A stretch of 64,000 bases of DNA from the NCBI GenBank assembly GCA_963555985.3, contig OY820591.1, positions 2,560,001 through 2,624,000 of the forward strand, in the 5' to 3' direction. Shown here piece after piece: positions 28,377-37,306 of the stretch. Position numbers and translations under genes: made by a program. Source of the DNA: Dehalococcoidia bacterium. Its GTDB lineage: Bacteria > Chloroflexota > Dehalococcoidia > Bin125. How positions within the stretch are numbered: position 1 is the stretch's first letter; each line of letters begins with the position of its first letter. The notes under the pieces are model-generated. The model was not told the origin of the DNA and searched no databases. It saw nothing but the letters and a program-made list of their open reading frames with translations.

Positions 28377-28847
28377 ATGCCGTACGCGCCCACCACAGTC
28401 TCGAATCGCTTTCTGCAGCTCGCGACCGGCGCCGGACGACCACTGAGCCCGATGCAGGCGCAAAAGCTCGTCTATTTCGCGCACGGCATGCACTTGGCGC
28501 GAGACCTGGGCCCGCTCTGTGACGAGGAACCGCAAGCCTGGCTCTATGGGCCGGTATTCCCAAGCCTCTATCACGCGCTGAAGATTTGGGGAGGTGCGCC
28601 GATCCTCAAGCCGGCAAGAACGCCACGAGAAGTGGTTGACGCTCGTTCCCAGGAGATCATCGAACTCGCTTGGAATGTATACGGACACATGAGGGCCATG
28701 CAGCTGTCGAACAGGTCGCACGATCCCGATGGACCTTGGTTCAAGGTTCGTGAACGCACCGGCGGAGACCACTTTGCGGTGATCCCCAACACGGAAATCC
28801 GTGCCTACTTCAAGGCTCTCAACCATGCCCATTCCCCCGCCGGATGA
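28377..28847 (+). CDS. Panacea-domain antitoxin (SocA/GepA/DUF4065-like)
   Basis: LSPMQAQKLVYFAHG, PQAWLYGPVFPSLY, QLSNRSH...GPW, IPNTEIRAYF. Confidence 0.9.
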   Translation: MPYAPTTVSNRFLQLATGAGRPLSPMQAQKLVYFAHGMHLARDLGPLCDEEPQAWLYGPVFPSLYHALKIWGGAPILKPARTPREVVDARSQEIIELAWNVYGHMRAMQLSNRSHDPDGPWFKVRERTGGDHFAVIPNTEIRAYFKALNHAHSPAG

Positions 28848-29169
28848 ATCAAGCGCACTGCCCGAAAATCCCCCTGATGACTCTGATGTCGGTCTGTGGC
28901 AGATGGAGTACGTCGGAACTGCGGCAGAGTTGTCCCGTTTGGAGAGCGAGCGACAGCTGCGCACCTTGAAGTTTGCCTACGGCCTCTTCCTTCCAATCCT
29001 CTACTTCATTTGGTTCAGCGCAAGTTTGGCGGTCGTGTTTCTCAGTGGCTTCGGCGCGTTCTCATTTGACGTGCCGGCAGCCGTCGAAATCAGCGCGTTC
29101 ACGTCGCTGGGTAGCGGAGTCGCGATCCCACTCGGCCTGGTCGCCAGAAGCCTGTTCACCAACCAATAG
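28825..29169 (+). CDS. Two-TM membrane protein, candidate toxin partner of the Panacea antitoxin
   Basis: Overlaps the antitoxin 3' end; acidic N-terminus and two hydrophobic helices. Confidence 0.65.
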   Translation: MPIPPPDESSALPENPPDDSDVGLWQMEYVGTAAELSRLESERQLRTLKFAYGLFLPILYFIWFSASLAVVFLSGFGAFSFDVPAAVEISAFTSLGSGVAIPLGLVARSLFTNQ

Positions 29170-29212
29170 ATCACGACCAGTCCAGATTAGACAGAGGCAC
29201 TCGAAAGCACTC

Positions 29213-29316
29213 TCCGCCGAAAACTCGCCCAAGAACCCCAAATCCACGGAGGCAAAAAGTCCCGCGTCCTCTTCACCCCCACCGGCGAACGCGCCGTCAA
29301 GCGGGAAGACCGTTGA
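29213..29316 (+). pseudogene. Isolated copy of the RM gene 3' end
   Basis: Closely matches 27925-28031 (encodes RKLAQEPQIHGGKKSRVLFTPTGERAVKREDR*). Confidence 0.85.
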
Positions 29317-29343
29317 TACCCTGTCCCCAGCTGGAGGTGATGC

Positions 29344-29640
29344 ATGGCGACAATGAACCCGGTCCTCCGTCTGCGCCGAGCCTTCCGCTCGATCAGCGAA
29401 CCCCAGCCCATGTCCGGCGAGGCCGCTGACGAAGTCGCCGAAGAAGCGGCCGATGCGGTCAGCGACTACAGCTACAGCCGCCAAGAGTCGGACCTCCGTT
29501 TCGAGCGCATGATGGCCGAAATGCGCCAGCAGACCGCCGAGATGCGTGAGCACATAGCTGACCAGACCAATCGCATCCTGCTCGGCGTGCTGGTGATCGT
29601 CAGCATTGCGGTAGGCATCATCCTCGCATTTGTCGCCTAA
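29344..29640 (+). CDS. Small coiled-coil protein with C-terminal TM (DUF1640/CCDC90-like)
   Basis: GGAGG RBS; MATMNPVLRLRRAF head, short coiled coil, C-terminal hydrophobic helix. Confidence 0.75.
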   Translation: MATMNPVLRLRRAFRSISEPQPMSGEAADEVAEEAADAVSDYSYSRQESDLRFERMMAEMRQQTAEMREHIADQTNRILLGVLVIVSIAVGIILAFVA

Positions 29641-29988
29641 CCCCCTCACGGCCAGGGCTCCTTCCAGGTCCTCCAGTGGGCGCCGCGGCTTTGCAGCGCC
29701 CGGACGGCGCACTCATGCTGCGCACCCACTACAGCCTCAGCGAGCCACACGTCCGCACGAGCCCAAACGCCGCGAGGACGCCACAACCGTCACCGCCATC
29801 CCCCAACATCCCCAGCCCCACTCAACTGTCGCCCCCGCAACACTCCCCCCGACCCGCGACCGCCACAGCACACCAGTCCGTATATGATGGCCTACGCCCA
29901 ACCCCGCCCCAGCCATCCAGCCAAGCCCGCCATGACCAACCGCCCCCGCCCAAACACTCCCAACCAAACTCGAACCCCACACGCCAAA

Positions 29989-30083
29989 ATCCGAACCACG
30001 TGAAACAAAATGAAACAGAGTGAAACAAAATGAAACAGAGTGAAACAAAATGAAACAGAACCGAACACCTCAACCCGCAATTC
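29989..30083 (+). repeat. 10-bp-period TGAAACA array element, copy 2 (6 core units)
   Basis: (TGAAACAAAA TGAAACAGAG)x2 TGAAACAAAA TGAAACAGAA flanked by ATCCGAAC and CCGAACACCTC..AATTC. Confidence 0.9.
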
Positions 30084-30149
30084 GCCGCCCCAGGCGGCAA
30101 ATTCACGTCATCCACCCAAAAATTCGCCCGCCTGCCGAACATCCCCCGC

Positions 30150-30232
30150 GAACCTCAAATCCACGGAGGCAAAAGCTCCGATCCCTCTTCACCGACGAAG
30201 GCGAGAAGAGCGTCAAGCACCGCGACCGCTGA
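30150..30232 (+). pseudogene. Second, more degraded copy of the RM gene 3' end
   Basis: GAACCTCAAATCCACGGAGGCAAAAG...CTCTTCACC...GGCGAG...GTCAAGCACCGCGACCGCTGA. Confidence 0.75.
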
Positions 30233-30258
30233 TACTCTGTCCGCAGGTGGAGGCTCCA

Positions 30259-30543
30259 ATGGCCACGATGAATCCCGTGCTCCGCCTGCGCCGAGCCTTC
30301 CGCTCGGTCGCGGGGCCCGAGCCAGTCTCCGAACAGCAGGCTGAGGAAGCCGCCGAAGAGGCTGCCGACGCGATCACCAGCTACAGCTACAGCCAACGCG
30401 AATCCGACCTGCGCCACGCGCAGATGCTGGCGGATTTCGGCCGGCAAATGGCGGAGACGCGCAACCAGATCCTGCTCGCCATCTTCCTCGCCGCCGGCCT
30501 GATCATTGCCGCGCTCGGCCTCATCATCGCCCTCGTCGACTGA
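30259..30543 (+). CDS. Small coiled-coil protein with C-terminal TM, paralogue of 29344-29640
   Basis: GGAGG RBS; same MATMNPVLRLRRAFRS start and YSYS motif. Confidence 0.75.
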   Translation: MATMNPVLRLRRAFRSVAGPEPVSEQQAEEAAEEAADAITSYSYSQRESDLRHAQMLADFGRQMAETRNQILLAIFLAAGLIIAALGLIIALVD

Positions 30544-30550
30544 CCTACAC

Positions 30551-33199
30551 CTACACCCGCGCCAACCCCTCCGCAATCACTCCATCCTCTGCCAAGCGAC
30601 CGATCTCCACCGAACTCATCCCCAGCAACTCCCCCAGCACGTAGTGATTGTCCTCCCCGTACAAGGGCGCGCCCCGATCAATCGCCCCGCCCATGAACGG
30701 CGGCGTCTCGCTCCACTTCACCGGAACCTCCTTCGTCGGCCACGCCCCCATCTCCGAGTGCTCCACCTCCGTCAGCCAGTTCAGATGCGCCAACTGCGGA
30801 TCGACCTCCAACCGATCCTGCGCGTCCTGGCAAACTCCCGCCGCCACGCCCGCCTCTTGCAACCGCTCCATCACCTCCCAGCGGTCCTGCTGCCGCGTCC
30901 ACTCCGAGACCCGCTCGTCCAGCTCGTCCTGGTGCGCCAGACGATCCGCCAGCGTCGCAAAACGCTCCGACGCCGACCACTCCGGATCGCCCATCACCCG
31001 CCGCAGCGACTCCCAGTCCGACTCCTCGAAGCAAGCAATCGCCACCCAGCGGTCGCTCGACTCCACATCGTCGCGGCAGGGATACGCTCCGTGCGGAGCC
31101 GCAGGCTTGTACGGCGAACGGTTGCCGAAACGCTGCCAGACCGTCCCGTTCGCCGACCACTCCAACACCGACGTGCCGTTCAGGTAGATGCCCGCATCCA
31201 CCTGCGACGAGTCGATCCACTGCCCCTTACCCGTCATCTCCCGGTAGTACAGCGCCGCCATCATCGCGTTCGCCAGGTTGTACGCTCCGAACCAGTCCAG
31301 GTAGCTGTAACCCCAACCCGCCGGCGCATAAGGCTCCGGCAGCCCCGACAGCTCCGAGATACCCCCGAACGACGCCGCAATCGGCCCCACCGTCCGGTAG
31401 CGCCCGTACACCCCCACCTGCCCCATCCCCGACTGCGAGAGGTAGATGATATCCGGCTTGATCTCCTTCATCACCTCATAGCCCAAACCCCAACGCTCCA
31501 TCACCCCAGGCGAAAACCCCTCCGCCACAATGTCGGAAATCGACACCAGTCGCTTCGCAATCTCCAGCCCCCGAGGATCGCGCAAATTCAGCGACAGCCC
31601 CCGGTGTCCCGCATGAAAGTCGTTGAACTGTCCCGACCGGTTGATCGTCGAGTTATCCGGCGGCAACGGCCCTTCGTTCATCCCAAGCGCCGCACGAGCC
31701 GCCTGACCGCCCTGCGGAAACTGCGCCATCCCCACGCGCAAGTCCATGTTCTGGTGCCACTCCACCTTGATGTCCTCCGCCCCCAGAGCCGAAAGGAACC
31801 GAGGCGCGCCACCGGAAGCAAGCCACCAGGTGAAGTCCAGAATCCGAACCCCGTCCAACGGAAACGGCGTCCCCCACCGCGAACGCGCGCCGACTGCACC
31901 GTTTGCGGACGGAGATGTCCGAACCGCCTCTCTCTGTTCTCCCCCCGCATCGCGGGGGGAGCTGCCGTAGGCGGAGGGGGGTCCGCCGGACTCCAACTCC
32001 CCCAGAATCTCCTCCGTATGCTCCCCCAGCAGCGGAGCCCGAGGCCCTACCTTCCACGACGTCTCCGACGACACCCACTTGCTCGAGGTATAGACGAACT
32101 CGGCCTCGTGCTCCGGATGCGCCACCTTCGCAAAACTCCCCCGCTCCCACCAGTGCGGATCGAGCGCGTTCTCATGCGGCTTGCGCAGCGGCGCCCAGAG
32201 GTGCCCCAAATCCTGCGCCTCCCGCCAAGGCACATCCTCAAACCGGAACTTGCGAATCAATCGCTGCGACACCTCCTGCAAATGCGCCGCCGTCTCCCCC
32301 CGCGAGCGCGTGCTGGCGCCCCCGCCTTCAGCCGGCTCATCCTTCAGATCAGCAGCCATCCCATAGCTGTCCAGAAAGTCAATCAGCGACTGCGAGCGTC
32401 CGCGCGGCAGCGCCATCACCCAGCGCCCGTCCTTGGTCGGCCCAATCATCGGCAGCGGCGAGACCTGCTCCATCGCGTGCCGGCAGGTCTGGCGGAAAAA
32501 ACGCGCCCGCCGGTAGACCCAACTCATCAGGTCCAGCTCGGTGTTCTTCGAGACCGCATCATGCACGGCGCAATGCAGCCTCTGCACCCGCCCCGACCGG
32601 CGCCGGTCGATCAACGCCCCAATCGTGTTGAGGCAGACCATCTCGCCCGCGATCTGGTATGCCTGCCACATCTGCGGCGCAATCGGCGGCGTGTCATACG
32701 TCCCGTCCGGCTGTGGGTCGTAACCGCAGTTCATCATCGGCCCGCCCAACGCTAGATGCACCAGATCAGACCCCCGATAGTCCGCCCAGGGCCCGTCATC
32801 CCCAAACGGCGTCATCCGCGAGACAATCAGGTTCGGCGCGCGCCCGCGCAGCGTGTCGTCATCCAGACCCAGCCGCGCCCGCTCTCCGCGAGCCGTCGCA
32901 TCCAGCAACACATCCGCCGTTCCCAACAGCCCAATCAGCCGCTCCCGATCCACCGCCGTCTCCAGATCAAGCACGACCGACCGCTTCCCCAACGAGTAAT
33001 GCCACCAAAACAGCGACCGCTCCAACCCCGCCGCATCCTCAAAGAACGGCCCAATCCCCCGAGTCGAACACCCCTCAGGAGGCTCAACCTTAATCACTTC
33101 CGCCCCCAGCCCCGCAAACAGCCGCCCCGCATAAGCGGAAACCTCATCCCCAATCTCAACAACGCGAAGTCCCTGAAGGAGGTGGTCTTGGTTGGTCAT
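30551..33199 (-). CDS. Fused double-domain family III (CaiB/BaiF) CoA-transferase
   Basis: Two CaiB units: LGAEVIKVEPPEG..GKRSVVLDL..PFGDDGP and LGAEDIKVE..LSLNLRDPRG..EGFSPGVMERWGLGYE..YLDW. Confidence 0.9.
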   Translation of the reverse strand: MTNQDHLLQGLRVVEIGDEVSAYAGRLFAGLGAEVIKVEPPEGCSTRGIGPFFEDAAGLERSLFWWHYSLGKRSVVLDLETAVDRERLIGLLGTADVLLDATARGERARLGLDDDTLRGRAPNLIVSRMTPFGDDGPWADYRGSDLVHLALGGPMMNCGYDPQPDGTYDTPPIAPQMWQAYQIAGEMVCLNTIGALIDRRRSGRVQRLHCAVHDAVSKNTELDLMSWVYRRARFFRQTCRHAMEQVSPLPMIGPTKDGRWVMALPRGRSQSLIDFLDSYGMAADLKDEPAEGGGASTRSRGETAAHLQEVSQRLIRKFRFEDVPWREAQDLGHLWAPLRKPHENALDPHWWERGSFAKVAHPEHEAEFVYTSSKWVSSETSWKVGPRAPLLGEHTEEILGELESGGPPSAYGSSPRDAGGEQREAVRTSPSANGAVGARSRWGTPFPLDGVRILDFTWWLASGGAPRFLSALGAEDIKVEWHQNMDLRVGMAQFPQGGQAARAALGMNEGPLPPDNSTINRSGQFNDFHAGHRGLSLNLRDPRGLEIAKRLVSISDIVAEGFSPGVMERWGLGYEVMKEIKPDIIYLSQSGMGQVGVYGRYRTVGPIAASFGGISELSGLPEPYAPAGWGYSYLDWFGAYNLANAMMAALYYREMTGKGQWIDSSQVDAGIYLNGTSVLEWSANGTVWQRFGNRSPYKPAAPHGAYPCRDDVESSDRWVAIACFEESDWESLRRVMGDPEWSASERFATLADRLAHQDELDERVSEWTRQQDRWEVMERLQEAGVAAGVCQDAQDRLEVDPQLAHLNWLTEVEHSEMGAWPTKEVPVKWSETPPFMGGAIDRGAPLYGEDNHYVLGELLGMSSVEIGRLAEDGVIAEGLARV

Positions 33200-33255
33200 G
33201 TGGGCGTCCTGCTCTCTCATATCCCAGAGGATGATATGTGCAGAGGCGGATTTCG

Positions 33256-34344
33256 CTAACGAACGGACTCCAGCATTGTGCGGATCTTGGGGGCGAGCCG
33301 ATAGCGGGTGGCCTTGCCGCGTCCGATTCGCTGGACCAGGCCCGCCTCGGTCAGAGAGCTGAGGTCTGAGAATGCTGTGGGCTGGGCGCAGTCGGCGAGT
33401 TCGGCGTATTGGGAACTGGAGATTTGGCTCAGTTGAAGCAGGGAGTTGAGACCTACCAGCCGGCGATCGTTGATGAGTTCGCTGAAGTTGGCGAGCAACG
33501 CCAGACGTCGATGCTGAAACGCCGCGGCCTCTGCTTCGAGCTGGCGAATGGCGTCGGCGATCACGCGCGTGTGAAAGCGGAGGAAGTCGGTTACATCGAC
33601 TCGCTCGGAGAAAGTGGGGCCTTGCGACGCTTGCAGCGCTTCGTAATACTCGCTGCGACGGCTTCGGATGACGCTGCTGAGCGAGATCATGCCGTCGGCG
33701 TCGCGATCTTGCAATGCGAGGATCAGATCGGCCAAGAGCCGCGCGGTGCGTCCGTTGCCATCGGCGAAAGGATGGATGCTGACGAATGCGAAGTGCGCTT
33801 TAGCGGCAGCGATTTCAGGCGGGTCGTCTCGGAGCCACTGACCGATCTGTTCGATCAGGCCGTCCATCAACGCGGGCAGCCAAGCAGCGGGCGGTCCGGT
33901 GTAGACGAACTGTCGTGTGGCGGTGTTAATGATCATGGAACCGCCGCTGCGGTAGCGGCCGGCCTGTTCAGCGCCGCGCCCAGGTAATCCATCAAGGAGG
34001 ATGGCGTTGAGAAGGCGCAGGAGGCCGATGTCGACTTGCACTGATTGATCGCGGGCCAATTCCTGAACGAGGCGATGGGCGCGGTCGGCGTTGCGGGCTT
34101 CTCGTCGTCGGTGATCGGGAGGGGAGCTGTCGAGCGCGGCCAGTTGCACCGATTCCAAGTCCAGCGGATTGCCCTCGATGGAGACGGAGGCGTGGGCGCT
34201 GCGGACGAGGGCGTGTCGGCGGAAGTAGTTCTCAAAGCCCTCAGGCACGGCGCTGCGAGCGAGTTCCCGGTGTTGCTCGATGAATGCGAGATGCTGGTTT
34301 GTGAGATCGTCGTCTCGGTGGGCGAGGGTGAGGTACATGGCCAT
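33256..34344 (-). CDS. Fic family protein with C-terminal winged HTH
   Basis: Canonical HPFADGNGRTAR; ASVSIEGN; C-terminal RIGRGKATRY; AAGGAG RBS supports the ATG at 34344. Confidence 0.92.
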   Translation of the reverse strand: MAMYLTLAHRDDDLTNQHLAFIEQHRELARSAVPEGFENYFRRHALVRSAHASVSIEGNPLDLESVQLAALDSSPPDHRRREARNADRAHRLVQELARDQSVQVDIGLLRLLNAILLDGLPGRGAEQAGRYRSGGSMIINTATRQFVYTGPPAAWLPALMDGLIEQIGQWLRDDPPEIAAAKAHFAFVSIHPFADGNGRTARLLADLILALQDRDADGMISLSSVIRSRRSEYYEALQASQGPTFSERVDVTDFLRFHTRVIADAIRQLEAEAAAFQHRRLALLANFSELINDRRLVGLNSLLQLSQISSSQYAELADCAQPTAFSDLSSLTEAGLVQRIGRGKATRYRLAPKIRTMLESVR

Positions 34345-34382
34345 TTGCAGATGCTCCTTGGGCATTTTCGATTTTACACATA

Positions 34383-34406
34383 GGCCATCGGCAAATGCCG
34401 ATGGCC
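34383..34406. promoter_or_regulatory. Perfect inverted repeat upstream of the Fic gene (operator or terminator candidate)
   Basis: GGCCATCGGCA-AA-TGCCGATGGCC. Confidence 0.45.
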
Positions 34407-34408
34407 AA

Positions 34409-35296
34409 TCACTGAGAGATGGTCGCAGTCTGGCAGGATCCACGAATCAATCTGTCAATCAGGTCGCATGTGTCTTCCTGCTCCAGATTTCGAGGGTGCA
34501 CACGGATGTGGTATGAGCGGGTTCTCTCGTCGTAGGGATCATCGCTTTGGCTCGCCATTTCAAGCGAGGACTCCCGAACTTCGACTGACAGGTCGCTATC
34601 CTCGTCCTGCTTAAATTCTGTAGAGACCCAACCTTTTCTTTTCGGTCGAAGTACGGCTATCCAAGGCAAGGAGGGAGCGCGGAGCCTGATGTAACCCTTG
34701 AGGAACCGGACTTCAACACCAGGTTGATATCGCCTTACACCTTCTACTAGCTGATCAAACACTCGCATTGCCTCAGCTGATGATTGCTGCTGCCACCAAT
34801 CGCGATCGACAAGAGAGCCAGACTCTTCCTCAAGCTCGGCTGGAGGCAGGTAGTCATGAACTCTTGTCGCGATAAGAGTAAGCGCATCGCCGATCTGCAC
34901 AGCTCGAAGTTGAATCGCGATCAAGGGAATAGAATGATGAAGCAATCCAATAACGTTTAGGAAACGACTGGTGATGTCCTCGGCGACGATTACTGCGATG
35001 TGTTCGTACTGAGGGTAGCGCCGCCGCTCAATGTCCCAGTACTCAATGGTCCGAACGATGTGCGACTCGTCGAGACGTCCGAGCTGGAGCTCGACTGTGT
35101 AACGCCTGTCGCTGTTTGGATCGGCAAGTAACAGATCGAGTCGGCCGCCCGTTGGCTGCGATTTCTCGCTGCCGATCACGTAGGCGTCGCCCAATCCAAG
35201 CCATGAAGCGTCGTCTACCAACAGATCCTGCAGCCAGCGTTCGTCGTACTCCGTGTGGTTCTTGAGGCTTATGTAAGTCGGCTTGACAGGTTTCAT
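34409..35296 (-). CDS. NucS-like PD-(D/E)xK-superfamily endonuclease domain protein
   Basis: ERWLQD, GRLDLLL..YTVELQLG, DESHIVRTIEY, AVIVAED; visibly lower GC than neighbours. Confidence 0.7.
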   Translation of the reverse strand: MKPVKPTYISLKNHTEYDERWLQDLLVDDASWLGLGDAYVIGSEKSQPTGGRLDLLLADPNSDRRYTVELQLGRLDESHIVRTIEYWDIERRRYPQYEHIAVIVAEDITSRFLNVIGLLHHSIPLIAIQLRAVQIGDALTLIATRVHDYLPPAELEEESGSLVDRDWWQQQSSAEAMRVFDQLVEGVRRYQPGVEVRFLKGYIRLRAPSLPWIAVLRPKRKGWVSTEFKQDEDSDLSVEVRESSLEMASQSDDPYDERTRSYHIRVHPRNLEQEDTCDLIDRLIRGSCQTATISQ

Positions 35297-35297
35297 A

Positions 35298-36506
35298 TTA
35301 GGTCCTCGGCAAACCCAGACCCCGCGTCGCGATCACGTTCCGCTGTACCTCGCTTGTACCGCCCCGAATCGTCGCCGGCACCATCCCCACGTAGTTCCTC
35401 GTAAACGTGCTCGCCGGCGCCGCCCCGCTCCAATGCTGCGCGTGCAGACCGAACACCTTCGTCGCCGTCAGCGCCAGCCGCTGACTCAACTCGCTCGCAA
35501 ACAGCTTCGCCGTGCTCGCCTCATAGTTCGGCACCAAGCCCGACGACTGCATCGAGATGATCCGGAAGCTGAACTGGTAGAGCGTCTCCGTCTCAATCCA
35601 GCGCTCCGCCAACTCATGCCGCAGTTCCGGCGTGATCCGCCCCGATGCGCCCTGGTCGTTCGCATGAATATGGCTAATCACCTGCCGCAGTTGCCGACGC
35701 GAGGCCACCGCCCCGCCGATGTTCGAGCGCTCGAAATCGAGCAGTGTCATGCCCACATACCAGCCGCGATTCAGCTCACCCACCAGATTGCTCGCCGGAA
35801 TCCGCACATCCTCGAAAAACACCTCGTTGAAGTAATGATCGCCGTTGATATTGATCAGCGGCCGCACCGTGATCCCGGGCGTCTTGATGTCGTCGATCAT
35901 CACAAACGAGATCCCGCGATGCTTGGGCGCGTCGGGATCAGTCCGCACGAGCGCGAACATCGCATCGGCGGTGTGCGCCGCCGACGTCCAGATCTTCTGG
36001 CCATTGATGATGAAATCGTCGCCGTCGCGCACCGCTCGCGTCGTCAGCGATGCCAGGTCCGATCCCGAACCCGGCTCGCTGTAGCCCTGCGCCCAGGTCA
36101 CCTCGCCGTCGAGGATCGGCGGCAGGTACTTCTCCTTCTGCTCGTCCGAGCCATGCACGATCAGCGTCGGCCCCAGCATATGCACGCCAGAGCCGCCCAC
36201 CGCCGGCGCGCCCGCCTCCGCGATCTCCTGGTTGAAGATGAACTGCTCCATCGGCGTCAGACCGCCGCCGCCGTACTCCGATGGCCAATGCGGCGCCACC
36301 CAGTGACGCTCCGCGAGCGCCGCGTGCCAATCAACCGCAGCCGCCAGCTCTTCGGCTTTGTCCGACTTGCGATCGTTCTCCCAGGCCCGCTCCGGCATCG
36401 CGCCTCGGCTGGCGAGATCGCGGTAGCGCTGCGGCAAACGATCAGTGATCAGCGTGCTCACCTCCGCACGGAAGGCGGCCTGCTCAGGAGTGTCGCGCCA
36501 GTCCAT
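35298..36506 (-). CDS. Acyl-CoA dehydrogenase family protein
   Basis: WAQGYSEPGSGSDLASL, NGQKIWTS, FNEVFFEDV, TIRGGTSEVQR. Confidence 0.95.
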   Translation of the reverse strand: MDWRDTPEQAAFRAEVSTLITDRLPQRYRDLASRGAMPERAWENDRKSDKAEELAAAVDWHAALAERHWVAPHWPSEYGGGGLTPMEQFIFNQEIAEAGAPAVGGSGVHMLGPTLIVHGSDEQKEKYLPPILDGEVTWAQGYSEPGSGSDLASLTTRAVRDGDDFIINGQKIWTSAAHTADAMFALVRTDPDAPKHRGISFVMIDDIKTPGITVRPLININGDHYFNEVFFEDVRIPASNLVGELNRGWYVGMTLLDFERSNIGGAVASRRQLRQVISHIHANDQGASGRITPELRHELAERWIETETLYQFSFRIISMQSSGLVPNYEASTAKLFASELSQRLALTATKVFGLHAQHWSGAAPASTFTRNYVGMVPATIRGGTSEVQRNVIATRGLGLPRT

Positions 36507-36553
36507 CTCAGCTCCCCTGCTCCATGAAACGAGCGCCGATGCGAACGAAAGAA

Positions 36554-37204
36554 TCAGAGCGGCGGCACAGCCAGCGCGACCGCTGCCTGAATCTCGTCCA
36601 GCGCCCGGTTCACACTCAAACCGATCAAGTCCATCTTCGCCAACTGCTCGATCCGAGGCTCGATCCCCTCTAGATCGCGGCGCGGCAACAACAACTCCAA
36701 CAACCGGCTCGCACGCGCCAGACCGATCAACGCCACCTCTTCCGGCTCCGGAATCTCATCGCTCAACAGCACATCGATCAAGCGCCGGTGAATGTTGCGC
36801 GTCACCATCGGATCCACCGGCGGGTAACGTTCCGACTTGAACACCATCAAGCGGCGGCCCTGCTCCTTGCGCAGAATCCCGCGCGCAACCAGATCGTCCA
36901 GCTGCTGCTGGCGCAGCACCGGCGCATAGCGCGCAATCTCCGACACCCAGTACGAAGTCGGCTGATTCGGCATCCCGCTGTTGATATTGTTCAGCACCGC
37001 ATCGAACAGCGGGTTCCCGGTCGGAGATGCATCGACGATGAACAACCGCGAAAGATCCGTATCAACCCGCCCCATGAAGGACAGATCGATCAGCGCAGCG
37101 CCGGACACCGCGTAGTCGAGCCGCCCGTCGTAGGGACGATCCAACACCCCGTCTTCGCCGAGTCCAAGCAGAAGAATCTGGTCGCTGATAGTCAGGTCAG
37201 GCAC
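36554..37204 (-). CDS. GPP34/GOLPH3/Vps74 family protein
   Basis: LTISDQILLLGL, GAALIDLSFMGRV, PTGNPLFDAVL, LVARGILR..ERYP. Confidence 0.8.
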   Translation of the reverse strand: MPDLTISDQILLLGLGEDGVLDRPYDGRLDYAVSGAALIDLSFMGRVDTDLSRLFIVDASPTGNPLFDAVLNNINSGMPNQPTSYWVSEIARYAPVLRQQQLDDLVARGILRKEQGRRLMVFKSERYPPVDPMVTRNIHRRLIDVLLSDEIPEPEEVALIGLARASRLLELLLPRRDLEGIEPRIEQLAKMDLIGLSVNRALDEIQAAVALAVPPL

Positions 37205-37306
37205 GGGCGCTCCTGTTCAATCAGGCCGCGTCCCCGTCGGACTCGCAGCCGTACCGCGAGTGTAACCGCCCATCCCGAACCGCCCGCCAACACTCCTCAA
37301 TCGATC

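Noticed and set aside
29989-30083. Possible CRISPR array
   Set aside because: Units are 10 bp and contiguous with no unique spacers, and there are no cas genes in the window
27925-30232. Possible diversity-generating retroelement template/variable repeats
   Set aside because: Differences between the RM tail copies are not adenine-restricted, include indels, and no reverse transcriptase is visible
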